64,000 bases of DNA from the human T2T-CHM13v2.0 reference genome, Homo sapiens, in the NCBI RefSeq assembly GCF_009914755.1, contig NC_060932.1. The stretch is one strand, 5' to 3'. A program made the translations under genes and the position numbers. This document shows positions 1 to 12,464 of the stretch, piece by piece. The notes beneath the pieces were generated by a model. It had not been told where the DNA came from and ran no database searches. It saw only the letters and a list, made by a program, of their open reading frames with translations. Within the stretch, counting starts at the first letter, position 1. Every line of letters begins with the position of its first letter.

Positions 1-156
1 ACAAAAAATTCTGCCAGGCAATAGCAACTTCCTGTAATTTTTCTGAGATTTAGAGATCATGTTGCAGAGCTAATACAGAAGTTCAAAGCTTTTCCTGGAA
101 AAGTGGATCCATCTATAACTTGTGGTACTTGAGGAGTAATTTGCCTAAATCATCAA

Positions 157-348
157 GTTGTGGTTCTCAAATTTTTGTGTGAATAGCAACCACTCACACT
201 ACTAACTAAAATACAAATTCCCAGATTCACCCTCTGATATGTTGAGTTCAGTAAGTATGGGATAGAGACCAAGGCTCTGCTTCTTAAAGAACTACTCCAA
301 GTGACTTTGATACAGGTTGTCCATGGGTCACACTTTGAGAAATTCTGG
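157..348. mobile_element. MER5A-like hAT-Charlie DNA transposon relic
   Basis: Termini GTGGTTCTCAAA...TTTGAGAAATTCTG form an inverted pair; ~190 bp; internal layout resembles MER5. Confidence 0.7.
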
Positions 349-1479
349 TGTGTAGAGTAGGTTCACATAAAGGAAATCTTTTGAGGGAAGCACTTTGATA
401 GAGATCACTGGAGTGGATAAATCATGGAGAATTTCCACTTCACCCAGCACCCTGTGTTTACATAGGTACAGAGCTGCATGATGCCTGGTAGTGAGCTGGT
501 GTGAGTAAGGTAATTTTACTTAAACCTGGGAATGAGGAAGTAAATAATCAGGGATATCATTGTCCTACCATAGTTATTCAAGCAATCCTATCAATGATGT
601 TTTGGTCATTCCATAGGCTCCTCAGATGGTATCCTAATTAACTTTCAGAAGACACACTTGCTTTCCCTTGAGTTCTGTAAGCCTTTTAAAAAATGAATAA
701 TAAGCACTGCAAATCCACCTGTTTAGAAATTACCTTGATAACCATGTTTCATACTTTAATTATAGAAGTTTATTTTCATTATCTGTTCTTTCCTCAATAT
801 ATTATCACATATTTTGACTCTCCTTTCTAACAATTCTGAAAAAAAAAACCGTAATCAAGTTACTTAAATTTGCAGCAGTTTTCTGAATTGCAAAAGAGTT
901 GCTCTTGTAATACAAACACAATATAAATTTATTCACGAAAACGTTTCTTTCAAAGGGAATTGTGTAAAGAGAATATTCTTATCCCACTGGTGCCAGCAAT
1001 AACTAGGTAAGAGGGAAAGTTTACCTTCTTTTCTGTTGATCTTTGCTAGTAGCTGTAACTACTAGTTGTTAAGACATGCAGTGAAGTATTTCTGGAAGTG
1101 CACAGGGGGTCTGGCTTCAGCATTTCCCAACTATAGGAACTTAGTAATTAGTTTACTTAGTAAATTGTTTACTACTTTCTACTCTCTGTTTCCTCTTATA
1201 TATATATTCAATACATTTTATTTTATACCCACTATGTGTGCCATCTGAGTGTGCTGAGATCACATTGATAGCACTTTGAAAGGGTGGTGATGGTGACGAA
1301 GATGGAGAGAAGTAGATAGAGGCATTGTGTCATCTAAGCTTCAAATGAGATTAATGCATGTAAATATTATTTCAAGATATAAGGTGCGATACAAATGTAA
1401 GTTATTAATATTTTCTCATTCCCTATCCCTGTCTTCCCAGGTAATTCAAGCATCCTGAGGTATTTATTTGAAGGGCCTT

Positions 1480-2210
1480 GTAGATATGTATCTACATTGA
1501 CCACTTCATTGAACACTGTACATATAAAGATTAGAAATAACCTAAATAACCATCTAGAGGGAACTGATGAAATAAATTATGGTACTTTTATATACAGGAA
1601 TACCTAACGGTAACAATGACAATAAGTAACCTCACTGAGCACTTACTGGATCCCAGAGGTGACGCCAAACTTTGTTTACACATTAAGTTGCTTAAGTATT
1701 ATAACACCCCTATGAGGAGAAATAATTATTATTCATGTTTCACAGACAAGAGAACTGAAGAACAGAGAGGGTAAGTAATTTGCCCAACATTTCAAAGCTA
1801 ATAAGTGATGAAACTAAAATTTGAACCCAGACAGTTTGGTCCTTAGTCTCTGCACTTAATGCTAGTCTTTTTCACAGTTAGAATGAGTAAAGCAATTCTG
1901 TATGTAGGGAAAGGAACACTCTCCAAGATATATTGTAAAGTGAAGAATAGCTACCATTTACTAAAGGAAAGAAGGAAGAAAGGAAGGAAGGAAAGAATAG
2001 AAGAAAAAGAAAAGGAAATATTATGAGAAAATGTGCATGCATGTGCATAGAATATCTCTAGAAGGGTACACAAGGAAATGATAACAATGGTTGCTTTCTG
2101 GGAGGGTCTCTGGATAGCTGGAGAACAGGATGAAAGAGTTAGCATTCACTACAAGCCTCCCTGTGTCTTTTGATTTTTGAACCCTGTATTATCATTTAAA
2201 AAGTAAATAG
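1480..2210 (+). mobile_element. Old L1M (L1ME/L1MC-type) 3' end fragment, split by a MIR
   Basis: Degenerate L1 3' motifs (AAATAACCTAAAT..., ATAAATTATGGTAC..., CTCCAAGATATATTGTAAAGTGAA). Confidence 0.5.
1621..1865 (-). mobile_element. MIR SINE
   Basis: Antisense MIR core: TGAGCACTTACT, ACAGACAAGAGAACTGAAG, AAGTAATTTGCCCAA, TTTGAACCCAGACAGT. Confidence 0.75.
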
Positions 2211-3249
2211 ATTTTTAAAAAGTAAAGACCTCATAGTAAATCTTTGTAAAGCAAATAGTAACCTTGCAACATATATCTTATTTCCCAGGATATACTCTGC
2301 AATCAGGGATTCACATTTCAGGTGCCTAGAGGACCTCAGTTTCAGGATAATGACTTCAAGTGATTTCCTTATATGTTGCTCTGTGACCTGTATCAGCATG
2401 CAGCTAAGGAAGTAAGCAATACTCAAAGGAATTGGCCTCAGTCAGCCTTCTCATGGCTGTGTTACAATACAGGCCTTTCCCCTGGCAGCCCAATTCAGGC
2501 TAGCCCAGAAGGGCCTCTATCTGGAGCCTTTCAGCTCAGGCCAGCACATAAAGGTTTAAAGCCTGGTAGACTGAAGAGTAACAGGCACATGAAATGTATC
2601 TAATACATATTTTTTGAATGATAAACCAAAAAGAGCAAAACAGGACAAAAGAAAAAATGTAACTGTGCAAATTTATGTGCTCTATATTTATACAATGGTG
2701 AGATAGATTTTTTACCTGTGTTTAATAAACTGGCTCTAAGTTCACTATGAAACAAGTTCACATAATGGCTCATTAAGCAAGAGCCATTAGCTTCAAAGTC
2801 ATCAATGATACAAAAAGTTCTGTTTAATGTATCTTTTACCGCATGGGTGGGTAGGTGGAGGTGGGCACAGGAACAGGATATTAGCTTTTTCATCATAACT
2901 CGTACCATTTATCCAGTACATAAAAATCCTTGAAAATGATAAAGGCAAAACATCATGTTCTACTAATAGAATTTTAACTTTAAATAGAGACTTCTAGGAG
3001 CTGAAGTTAAAATAGGAAACTTTGGGGATTTAAATTTCAGGATCAATTTGGCTACGTGGCAAGAAAAGGCACTAAGGTTTTTAAAGCATCAGAGGATGGT
3101 AAACACAGGATATGTCCAGTCTGGATTCAAGCATTTAAAGGTGTGAGAGCCCAAGTTAAATTCCTCGTCCTGATGAGATGGCAACTTAAATCAGAAGGAC
3201 GTTTACTTTTAAACACCAAAAGAATGTATATAAATTGCATTATTGTTCC

Positions 3250-3678
3250 CAATTTTCCTCTTTCCTCCCTAAAAGAAGATTGTAATCCTGTGACTTGCCA
3301 TGTGACTTGCAGTAGCACCTTCTCTATGGGAGGAATATACTTCCAATTCCACTTATATCAGGTTTGACTACATGACTTGTTTTAGTCAGTGAAATGTGAC
3401 TAGAAGAAACACACAGGATGTCTGAGCAGAAGTTTTAAGTGCTATTACATAGTTCTGCCATAGTTCTCTTTTATGTTTGCCCCTAGAGTGACACATACCA
3501 AAGAAAATCTGCTCCTTCAGCCTGGATTCTGGAATAAAGGACACATCTGGAGCAGACTCTGAGACAATCCTTAGTTGATTTTTAACATAAGCAAGAAATA
3601 TATCTTTGTTGTTATAAGCACTAACGGCTTATAATAAAGTTTGTTACTGCAGTATAACCTAATGAAAGCTGACTAATA
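3250..3678 (+). mobile_element. MLT1 (MLT1I/J-like) ERVL-MaLR solo LTR
   Basis: CATGTGACTTG, CTGCTCCTTCAGCCTGG, GCAAGAAATA...TTGTTGTTATAAGC and terminal GCTGACTAATA are typical of MLT1. Confidence 0.7.
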
Positions 3679-4164
3679 AAAAGTGATAACTTGAATAGCC
3701 ATGCTTGCTACAGGAAAATATGAAATGAGAAAAAAGATGGGAGGAAAACATAAATTATTGTGTCAGCAGCCCCACTCCCTCAGGCTGAGTGAACGACGAG
3801 CCTGGCAGTGGGCTCAGCCTCTGGTGCAGCATGCCCAGGTCAGTGATAGGTGGGTGGCTGACATGAGCAGCTCAGCTCTAGGTTGGGCCGCTCTCTGCCC
3901 TAGGCCTCCGGGGTTGCATACATAAGGACATAGCGCTCAGAATATGTGTTTGACTATCCATGTGACATAGCCATCGAAGCTGCTATGAGAAAATATTTGA
4001 ATCTCATGACCATTGTGTAGGGGAAGTAAATGCATAAAAGCAGAATATCAATGTTCTTGGAAGGCTTCACAGGCAGCACTTTCTCAGCATCAAGTGGGGA
4101 TTGCTCACTCTTGTCAAAGTGATGAGACCTCAGATTTTAGAAACCAGTAGGATTTTGACATACA

Positions 4165-4397
4165 TCAAAGAACATTTTGTAAAGGGCTGGATAGTAAATA
4201 GTTTAGGCTTTGCAAGCTGTACCACCTCTGTCGCAATGATTTGACTCTACCATTGTACTGTGAAAGCAGTCATAAACTACATGTGATGAATCATTGTGGC
4301 TATGTTCCAATGAAACTCTTTTTTTTTTTTTTTTTTTTTACAATAACAAGTGACTGGCCAGATTTGGCTTGCAGACCATGTGTTGCTGATTCTTGAT
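4165..4397 (-). mobile_element. MER58A hAT-Charlie relic
   Basis: GTAAAGGGCTGGATAGTAAATA...GGCTATGTTCCAATGAAACT...GGCCAGATTTGGC matches antisense MER58. Confidence 0.75.
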
Positions 4398-5163
4398 CTA
4401 GTGAAAAAGAAAATGGAACTTTGTTGCACCAACAATATCATAGTCAGCAATTCGGTGTCAGTTAATGGGAAGTTGTTGTACACACCTCATTTAGAGAACC
4501 TTGAAATAACCATGCTCACTCAAGGAGCCATCATTACCACAAGTGGCATTACCCTGGGGAACCATTTGGAAAGTTTAACAGCAAATATTATATCATCAAA
4601 TCCATGAAGGGTCCAGATATCTTAGCATGGGTGATCCACAAACCTAATGCAGTTTGAGGACCCCCTCTAGAAGTGACAACCAATGAGAGTACATGAAACA
4701 TGCAGAGGCAACCATGAATATAGATTCTGAGAGCACAGAAAATACAAAAGTTGAGAAGTGAGTGTCTATAGAAATTCATTATTCTGCCTTGTGTCATTGT
4801 GGAATGTGCTCACTTAGTCCACACTTGGTTTGTCAGAAAGAACATTAGCTCTTAGTACATGTCAGAAGAGTAATTGTGAGTTGATTTAGGAAAGGAACAC
4901 TGGAACATGGAGTTATTTGCTGTATCTTGGCTTTTTAAAAATTTTACTAGAGCAGAAATATTTTTATGTCCCAAGAAAGGCTTTTTGCTTATTAGACAAG
5001 AAATGAGCTTAAATATTTGATATTCTTTCCCCCAAAGTCCAAAACATTTAAACATAAGTTTCTTGGGAGTTTTGGTATTTAAGTTTGTTGCAATCATGGA
5101 CTGAACATTCTCCTTGGCTTTTTTGCAAATCATGCTACTCTCAGAAGGTCAGAGTAGTGTTCT

Positions 5164-5303
5164 ACAGCCTTGCTCTGTCACCGAGGCTGGAGTGCAGTTG
5201 TGTGATCATAGCTTATAGTAATCTTGAATTCCTGGCCTCAAGCAATCATCCCACCTGGGTCTACCAAAGTACTATGATTACATGGTGAGCCACAGTGCTT
5301 GGC
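5164..5303 (-). mobile_element. Alu monomer (FRAM/AluJ-type)
   Basis: Single ~140-bp diverged Alu arm: GCTCTGTCAC..GGCTGGAGTGCAGT...GTGAGCCAC. Confidence 0.75.
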
Positions 5304-5549
5304 AGAGTTCTTAAACTAGGGAGCTTCTAGCTTTTGAAAACTGCAGACTGATGGGCTTTAGAAATTCTATTAATTCTGGGGTTTGGCTCCTTAAAATGTA
5401 CTTTAACCAATACTGAAGGATTGTGGTACAGTGGTCATCGAAGCATGTAGCAACAAACACAAGGACACTGATCCCTTGGAACTGAATACAGGGCACTGGT
5501 GGAGTCTCCTTACTGTGCTAGTGCTGCAGCTCTGGGGCAAAAATCTTAC

Positions 5550-5572
5550 CTGTCAAGGCTGATGTTCAGATT
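5550..5572 (-). other. Candidate 23-nt microexon of an unidentified minus-strand transcript
   Basis: Minus strand reads gttgtggtgtttttag|AATCTGAACATCAGCCTTGACAG|gtaaga, in non-repeat DNA. Splice signals only. Confidence 0.3.
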
Positions 5573-6239
5573 CTAAAAACACCACAACGACAGTGCATAG
5601 TGCATATACCCCTGGTTTATTGATTGGATTTTATTATTTTCTACTGACCAGAGAATTTAAATTTAAGAGTACTGTTTTTAATTATGTGTGTATAACAAGT
5701 AACACAACCCATACCTATTTCATTTTAGTTTCTGAATACAAAATAGGGCATATTTTCCCTAATGTATGTTGCAATCAAACCAAAGATTTTTGTTGTTTCG
5801 GAGGAAATGCAAGTACCTCATGAGAAAAAAGTTATTTGCTAATGTCATATTTTTGTCCAAGTTTTTATTTCATATGAAAAATGATTTTACCAAAAGCATA
5901 GAAATAAAACCTGGATCCTGCTGCCTTTCTTATGTTCTTAATTTCTAATGTTACCTCTTTGTTAGTATGACCCTTGAGTAGAGCAAGAATAATGACTTTG
6001 TATAACGGATATAATAGTATAAATTTGAAGATACCCAGAAAAGATATGACCTGGGAGTCATGTAATTCAGATAAAACTACATTCAAACTAACAATAGGTT
6101 CTATATAAATAAGAAATCTGTATATAATACAATAAACTGAAGTCTAATTTGTAGTTAATTAGTGATACTTTGGGCGATTCATATAGAAGTTATATGTCTT
6201 GTATAGAAATGTAAAATCCACTATGACACTTACACGTGG

Positions 6240-6455
6240 AGGCATAGCAAAACCATCAGGAGACTTCGAATCAGGTAAGTATTAGTCCGCTTGCAGTTTT
6301 GCTAGTCACTGTCTGTGTGACTTTTCTCAGGTCAACTGAACTTTCTGAGCTTCATCCTCCTCCTGTGTAAAGTAGGAAGAAAAATATCCATTTCATAAAG
6401 TTATTATAAAAATTAAATGAGGCAATGTTTATAAAATATTAACATCACAGTGCTG
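6240..6455 (+). mobile_element. MIR SINE
   Basis: CTGTGTGACTTT...TTTCTGAGCTTCA...TGTAAAGTAGG...ATTAAATGAG core. Confidence 0.65.
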
Positions 6456-7196
6456 AGAAAATTCAATTACTTTACAAAGTTTGACAACATTCCTGAACCC
6501 TGAAGAGGAATATGTTTTTTGTTTTCCTATGAGGAAAACTTATTTTTTTTTTTAACTTTTATTTTGAGTTCAGGGATACATGTGCAGGTCTGTTATATAG
6601 GTAAAGTCGTGTCACAGGAGTTTGTTGTGGTGGATTATTTTGTCACCCAGGTATAAGCCTAGGACCTGTTAATTATCTTTGCTGAACCTCTCCCTCCTAC
6701 CACCTTCCACCCTCTGGTAGGTCCCAGTGTCTGTTATTTCCTTCTTTGTGTTCATGAGTTCTCATCATTTAGCTCCCACTTATAAGGGGGAACACGAGGT
6801 ATTTGGTTTTCTGTTCCTGTGTTAGTTGGCTAAGAACAATGGCCTCCAGATCCATCAATGTTTCTACAAGGGACATGATCTTGTTCTTTTTTATGGCTGC
6901 ATAGTATTCCATGGTGTATATGTACTGCATTTTCTTTATCCAGTCTACCATTGATGGGCATTCAGGTTGATTTCATGTCTTTGCTATGTGAATAGTGCTG
7001 CAATGAACATATGTTTGCATGTGTCATTATGATAGAATGATTTATATTCCTTTGGCTACATACCCAGTAATGGGATTGCTGAGTCAAATGGTAGTTCTGT
7101 TTTTAGCTCTTCAAGGAATCACCAACTGTTTTCCACAATGGTTGAACTAATTTACACTCTCACCAACAGTGGATAAGCATTCCTTTTTCTCCATAA

Positions 7197-7680
<484 letters not shown>

Positions 7681-7691
7681 TGCCCATTTTT

Positions 7692-8069
7692 AAATGGGGT
7701 TGTTTTTTGCTTATAAATTTGTTTAAGTTCCTTATAAATAGTGGATATTAGGCCTTTGTTAGATGTATAGTTTGTAAATATTTTCTCCCATTCTGTAGGT
7801 TCTGTTTACTCTGTTGATAGTTTCTTTTGCTGTGTAGAAGGTCTTTAGTTTAACTAGATTCCATTTGTCAACTTTTGCTTAAATGGGGTTGTTTTTTGCT
7901 TATAAATTTGTTTAAGTTCCTTATAAATAGTGGATATTAGGCCTGTGTTAGATGTATAGTTTGTAAACATTTTCTCCCATTCTGTAGGTTCTGTTTACTC
8001 TGTTGATAGTTTCTTTTGCTGTGCAGAAGGTCTTTAGTTTAACTAGATTCCATTTGTCAATTTTTGCTT
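7692..8069. repeat. Tandem duplication of a 189-bp L1 ORF2 segment (2 copies)
   Basis: AAATGGGGTTGTTTTTTGC starts at 7692 and again at 7881; I count 4 mismatches between copies. Confidence 0.95.
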
Positions 8070-10647
8070 TTGTTGCAATCACTTTTGATGTCTTCATCAT
8101 GAAATCTTTGCTTGTTCCTATGTCCAGAATGGTACTGCCTAGATTGTGTTCCAGGGTTTTTAATAGATTGGGTTTTACATTTAAGTCTGTAACCTATCTT
8201 GAGTTGACTTTTGTACATGGTGTAAAGAAGAGGTGCAGTTTCAATCTTCTGCGTCTGGCTAGCCAGTTATCACAGCACCATTTATTGAATAGGGAGTCCT
8301 TTCCCCATTGCTTGTTTTTGTCAGCTTTGTCGAAGATTAGATAGTTGTAGGTGTGTGACTTTATTTCTGGGCTCCTAATTCTGTTTCATTGGTCTATGTG
8401 TCTGTTTTTGTACCAGTACTATGCTGTCGTAATTACTGTAGCCCTGTAGTATAGTTTGAAGTCTGGTGGCATGATGCCTCCAACTTTGTTCTTTTAGCTT
8501 AGAATTGCCTTTGCTATTTGGGCTCTTTTTTGGTTCCATATGAATTTTAAAATAGTTTTTTATAGTTCTGTAAAGAATGCCATTGATAGTTTGATAGGAA
8601 TAGCACAGAATTTATAAATTGCTTTGGGCAGTGTTCTCATTTTAATGATATTGATTCTTCCTATCCATGAGCATGTAATATTTTCCCCTTTGACTCGTCT
8701 CTGATTTCTTTGAGCAGTGTTTTGTAGTTCTCCTTGTAGAGATCTTTCACCTCCCTGGTTAGCTGTATTCCTAGGTATTTTATACTTTTTGTGGCAATCG
8801 TGAATGGGATTGCATTCCTAATTTGCCTCTCATCTTGACTGTTGGTGTATAGGAATGCTAGTGATTTTTGTACTTTGATTTTGTATTCTGAGACATTGCT
8901 GAAGTTGTTTCTCAGCTTAAGGAGCTTTTGGGCTGAGACTATAGGGTTTTCTAGATATAGGATTATGTCATTTGTAAACAAGGATAACTTGACTTCCTCT
9001 CTTCATATTTGGATGCCCTTTCTTTCTTTCTCTTGCACAGTTGCTCTTGCCAGAGCTTCCAATACTATGTTGCATAGGAGTGGTGAGAAAGGGCATCCTT
9101 GTTTTGTGCAGGTTTTCAAAGGGAATCCTTCTACCTTTTGCCTATTCAGTTTGATGTTGGCTGTGGGTTTGTCAAAGATAACTTATTACTTTGAGGTATG
9201 GTCCTTCGATACCTAGTTTCTTGAGAGTTTTTAACATGAATTTTATCAAAAGCCTTTTCTGCATCTATTGAATCATGTGGTTTTTGTTTTTAGTTTTTAT
9301 GTGATGGATCACATTTATTTATTTTCATATGGGACCTTGCATCCCAGGAATAAGGCCCACTTGATTGTGATGGATAAGCTTTCTGATGTGCTTCTGGATT
9401 TGGTTTGCCAATATTTTGTTAGAGACTTCTGCATCAATGTTTATCAAGGATATTGGCCTGGGGTTTTCTTTTTTTTTTAATTGTGTCTCTGCAAGATTTT
9501 AGTATCAGGTTAATGCTGGCCTCATAGAGTGAGTTAGAGAAGAGTGCTCCTCCTCAATTTTTTGGAATAGTTTCAGTAGGAATGGTATCACCTCTTCTTT
9601 GTACATCTGGTAGAATTTTGCTGTGAATCCATGGTCCTGGGCTTTTTTGGGTTGGTAGCCTATTACTGATTCAATTGCAGAGCTATTTGTCTGTTCAGGG
9701 AATCAATTTCTTCTTGGAGCAGTCTTGGGAGGGTGTATGTGCTCAGGAATGTATCTGTTTCTTCTAGATTTTCTAGTTTGTGTGCACAGAGGTGTTCAAA
9801 ATATTCTCTGATGGTTATTTGTATTTCTGTGGAGTCAGTGATAATATCCCCTTTATCATTTCCAATTTTGTTTATTTGGGTGTTCTCTCTTCTCTATTAG
9901 CTATTAGTTTAGCCAGTGATCTATCGATTTTATTAATTTTTTCAAAAATCTAACTCTTGAATTTGTTGATATTTTGAATTTTTTTGTGTGACTCAATCTC
10001 CTTCAGTTTGGCTCAAATTTTGATTATTTCTTGTCTTTTGCCAACTTTGGGGTTGGTTTTCTCTTTGTTCTCTAGTTGTTTTAGTTATGATGTTGCATTG
10101 TTAAGATATTTCTAACTTTTTAATGTGGGTATTTAGTGCTGTAAGTTTCCCTCTTAACACTGCCTTAGCTGGATCGTAGAGATTCTGGTATGTTGTATCT
10201 TTGTTCTCATTAGTTTCAAAGAGCTTCTTGAATTCTGCCTTAATTTCATTATTTACCCAAAAGTCAGTCAGGAGCATTTTATTCAATTTGCATGTAATTG
10301 TATGATTTTTAGCAATTTTCTTAGTCTTGATTTCTAATTTTATTGCACTGTGGTCTGAGAGAGTGGTTGTTATAATTTCAGTTCTTTTGAGTTTGTTGAA
10401 GAGTGTTTTATTTCCAATTATATAGTTGATTTTAGAATATGTGTCATGTGGTTAGAAGAAGAATGTATATCCTGTTGTTTTGGGGTGGACAGTTCTATAA
10501 ATGTCTATCAGGTCCATTTGATCCAGTGCAGATTTCAGGTCCTGAATATATTTGTTAATTTTCTGCCTTGATGATCTGTCTAATACTGTCAGTGGGGTGT
10601 TGAAACCTCCCACTATTATTGTGTTGAAGTCTAAGTCTCTTTGAATG

Positions 10648-11062
10648 TGATACAGTTTGGATCTGTGTCCCAACCAAATCTCATGTTGAATTGTAGTCTC
10701 CAGTGTTTGCAGGTGGGACCTGGTAAGAGGTGACTGGATCATGGGGGCAGATTTCTTATGAGTGGTTTAGCACCATCCTCTTGGTGTTGCTCTCATGATA
10801 ATGAGTTCTTATGACATCTGGTTGTTAAAAAGTGTGCAGCACCTCCCCTCACTCTCTCTCGCTCATGCTAAAGGCATGTGAAATGCCTCACTTCTCCATT
10901 GCCTTCCACCATGATTAGAAGTTTCCTCAGGCCTCCCCAGAAGCAGAAGCCACTATGCTTCCTGTACAGCCAGTGGAACCATGAACCAATTAAACCTCTT
11001 TTTGTTGTAAATTACCCAGTCTCAAGTATTTCTTTATAGCAGTCTGAGAACAGACTAATACA
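10648..11062 (+). mobile_element. MSTA ERVL-MaLR 5' LTR
   Basis: TGATACAGTTTGG...CAGAAGCAGAAGCCACTATGCTTCCTGTACAGCC...GACTAATACA; TG/CA ends; ~415 bp. Confidence 0.9.
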
Positions 11063-11686
11063 GAAAATTGGAATTGAGTGGTGGGGCATTGCTATGAGGA
11101 TACCTGAAGATGTTTAAGTGACTTTAGAATTGTGTAATGGGCAGAAGTTGGAAGAGTTTGGAGACTTAGAAGAAGACAAGAAGATGAGGGAAAGTTTGGA
11201 ACTTCCTAGAGACTGGTTGAATGGTTATGACCAAAATGATGGTAGTGATATAGACAGTGAAGGCCAGGCTGACGAGGTCTCAGATGAAAATAGGAACTTA
11301 TTGGAAACTGGAGTAAGTGTCACTGTTGTTATGTCTTAGCAAATAACTTGGCTGTGTTATGCCCCTGTCTAGGGATCTGTGGAATTTGGAACCTGTGAGT
11401 GATGGTTTAGGGTATCTGGTAGAAGAAATTTCTAAGCAGTAAAGCATTCAAGATGTAGCCTGGCTGCTTCTAACAACCTATGATCATATGTGTGAACAAA
11501 GAAACGACCTAATGTTGGAACTTATATGTAAAAGGGGAAGCAGAGCATAAAAGTTCATAAAATTTCCAATCTGGCCATGTGGTAGAAAAGAAAAGCCCAT
11601 TTTTCAGGGGAGGAATTCAAGCAGGCTGCATAAATTTGCATAAGTAAAGAGAAGCCAAGTGATAAAAGCCAAGAGAATGGGGAAAA
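11063..11686 (+). mobile_element. MSTA-int, 5' part only (no 3' LTR)
   Basis: Starts GAAAATTGG directly after the LTR; MaLR-int motifs GAAAGTTTGGAACTTCCTAGAGAC and AGAAATTTCTAAGCAG. Confidence 0.85.
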
Positions 11687-12340
11687 CCACCTACTCAAGC
11701 CTCAGTAATGACAGACGCCCCTTCCCCCACCAAGCTCGAGCATCCCAGGTCGACTTCAGACAGCTGTGCTGGCAGCGAGAATTTCAAGCCAGTGGATCTT
11801 AGCTTGTTGGGCTCCATAGGAGTGGGATTCACTGAGCAAGACCACTCTGCTCCCTGGCTTCAGCCCTCTTTCTAGGGGAGTGAATGGTTCTGTCTCACCG
11901 GTGTTCCAGGTGCCACTAGGGTATGAAAAAAAAACTCCTTCACCTAGCTTGGAGTCTGCCCAAATGGCTGCCCGGTTTTGTGCTTGAAACTCAGGGCCCT
12001 GGTAGTATAGGCACCCAAGGGAATTTCCTAGTCTGTGGGTTGTGAAGACCATGGGAAAAGTGTGATATTGGGGCCAGATAACACTGTCCCTCATGGCACA
12101 GTCACTCATGGCGGCTTCCCTTGTCTAGGGGAGGAAGTTCCCCAACTTCTTGCACTTCCTGGGTGAGGCGATGCCCCACTCTGCTTCTGTTCATCCTCCG
12201 TGGGCTGCACTCACTGTCTAACCAGTCCCAGCGAGATGAACTGGGTACCTCAGTTGGAAATGCAGCAGTCACCCACCTTCTGCATTGGTCTCACTGGGAA
12301 CTGCAGACCAGAGTTGTTCCTATTCGTCCATCTTGGCTGG
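11679..12340 (-). mobile_element. Isolated L1PA7/8-type 5'UTR fragment
   Basis: Reverse complement starts CAAGATGGACGAATAGGAACAACTCTGGTCTGCAG, the L1P 5' end; no ORF1 follows. Confidence 0.85.
11708..11875 (+). pseudogene. L1 ORF0-like antisense ORF, 55 aa (MTDAPSPTKLEHPRSTSDSCAGSENF...)
   Basis: ATG at the position equivalent to the ORF0 start (CTCAAGCCTCAGTAATGACAGACGCCCC); open to TAG at 11873-11875. Confidence 0.45.
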
Positions 12341-12464
12341 GAACTTTTTGTGTTATCTTTAAAGACTCATCTTTAATTTGCTCAGCTTTCATGAATTCTG
12401 GAAACAAAAAGCATATCCCGTTTAGAATCCTGCAACATAAACCCAATCTAAGCACGTTATTGTT

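Noticed and set aside
2289-2411. Plus-strand 123-nt exon-like segment (tttcccag...GAA|gtaagc)
   Set aside because: Peptide unrecognised and donor only moderate; no independent support.
4350-4607. 85-aa ORF as a possible exon or pseudogene
   Set aside because: Starts at a GTG inside MER58; no recognisable domain or splice signals.
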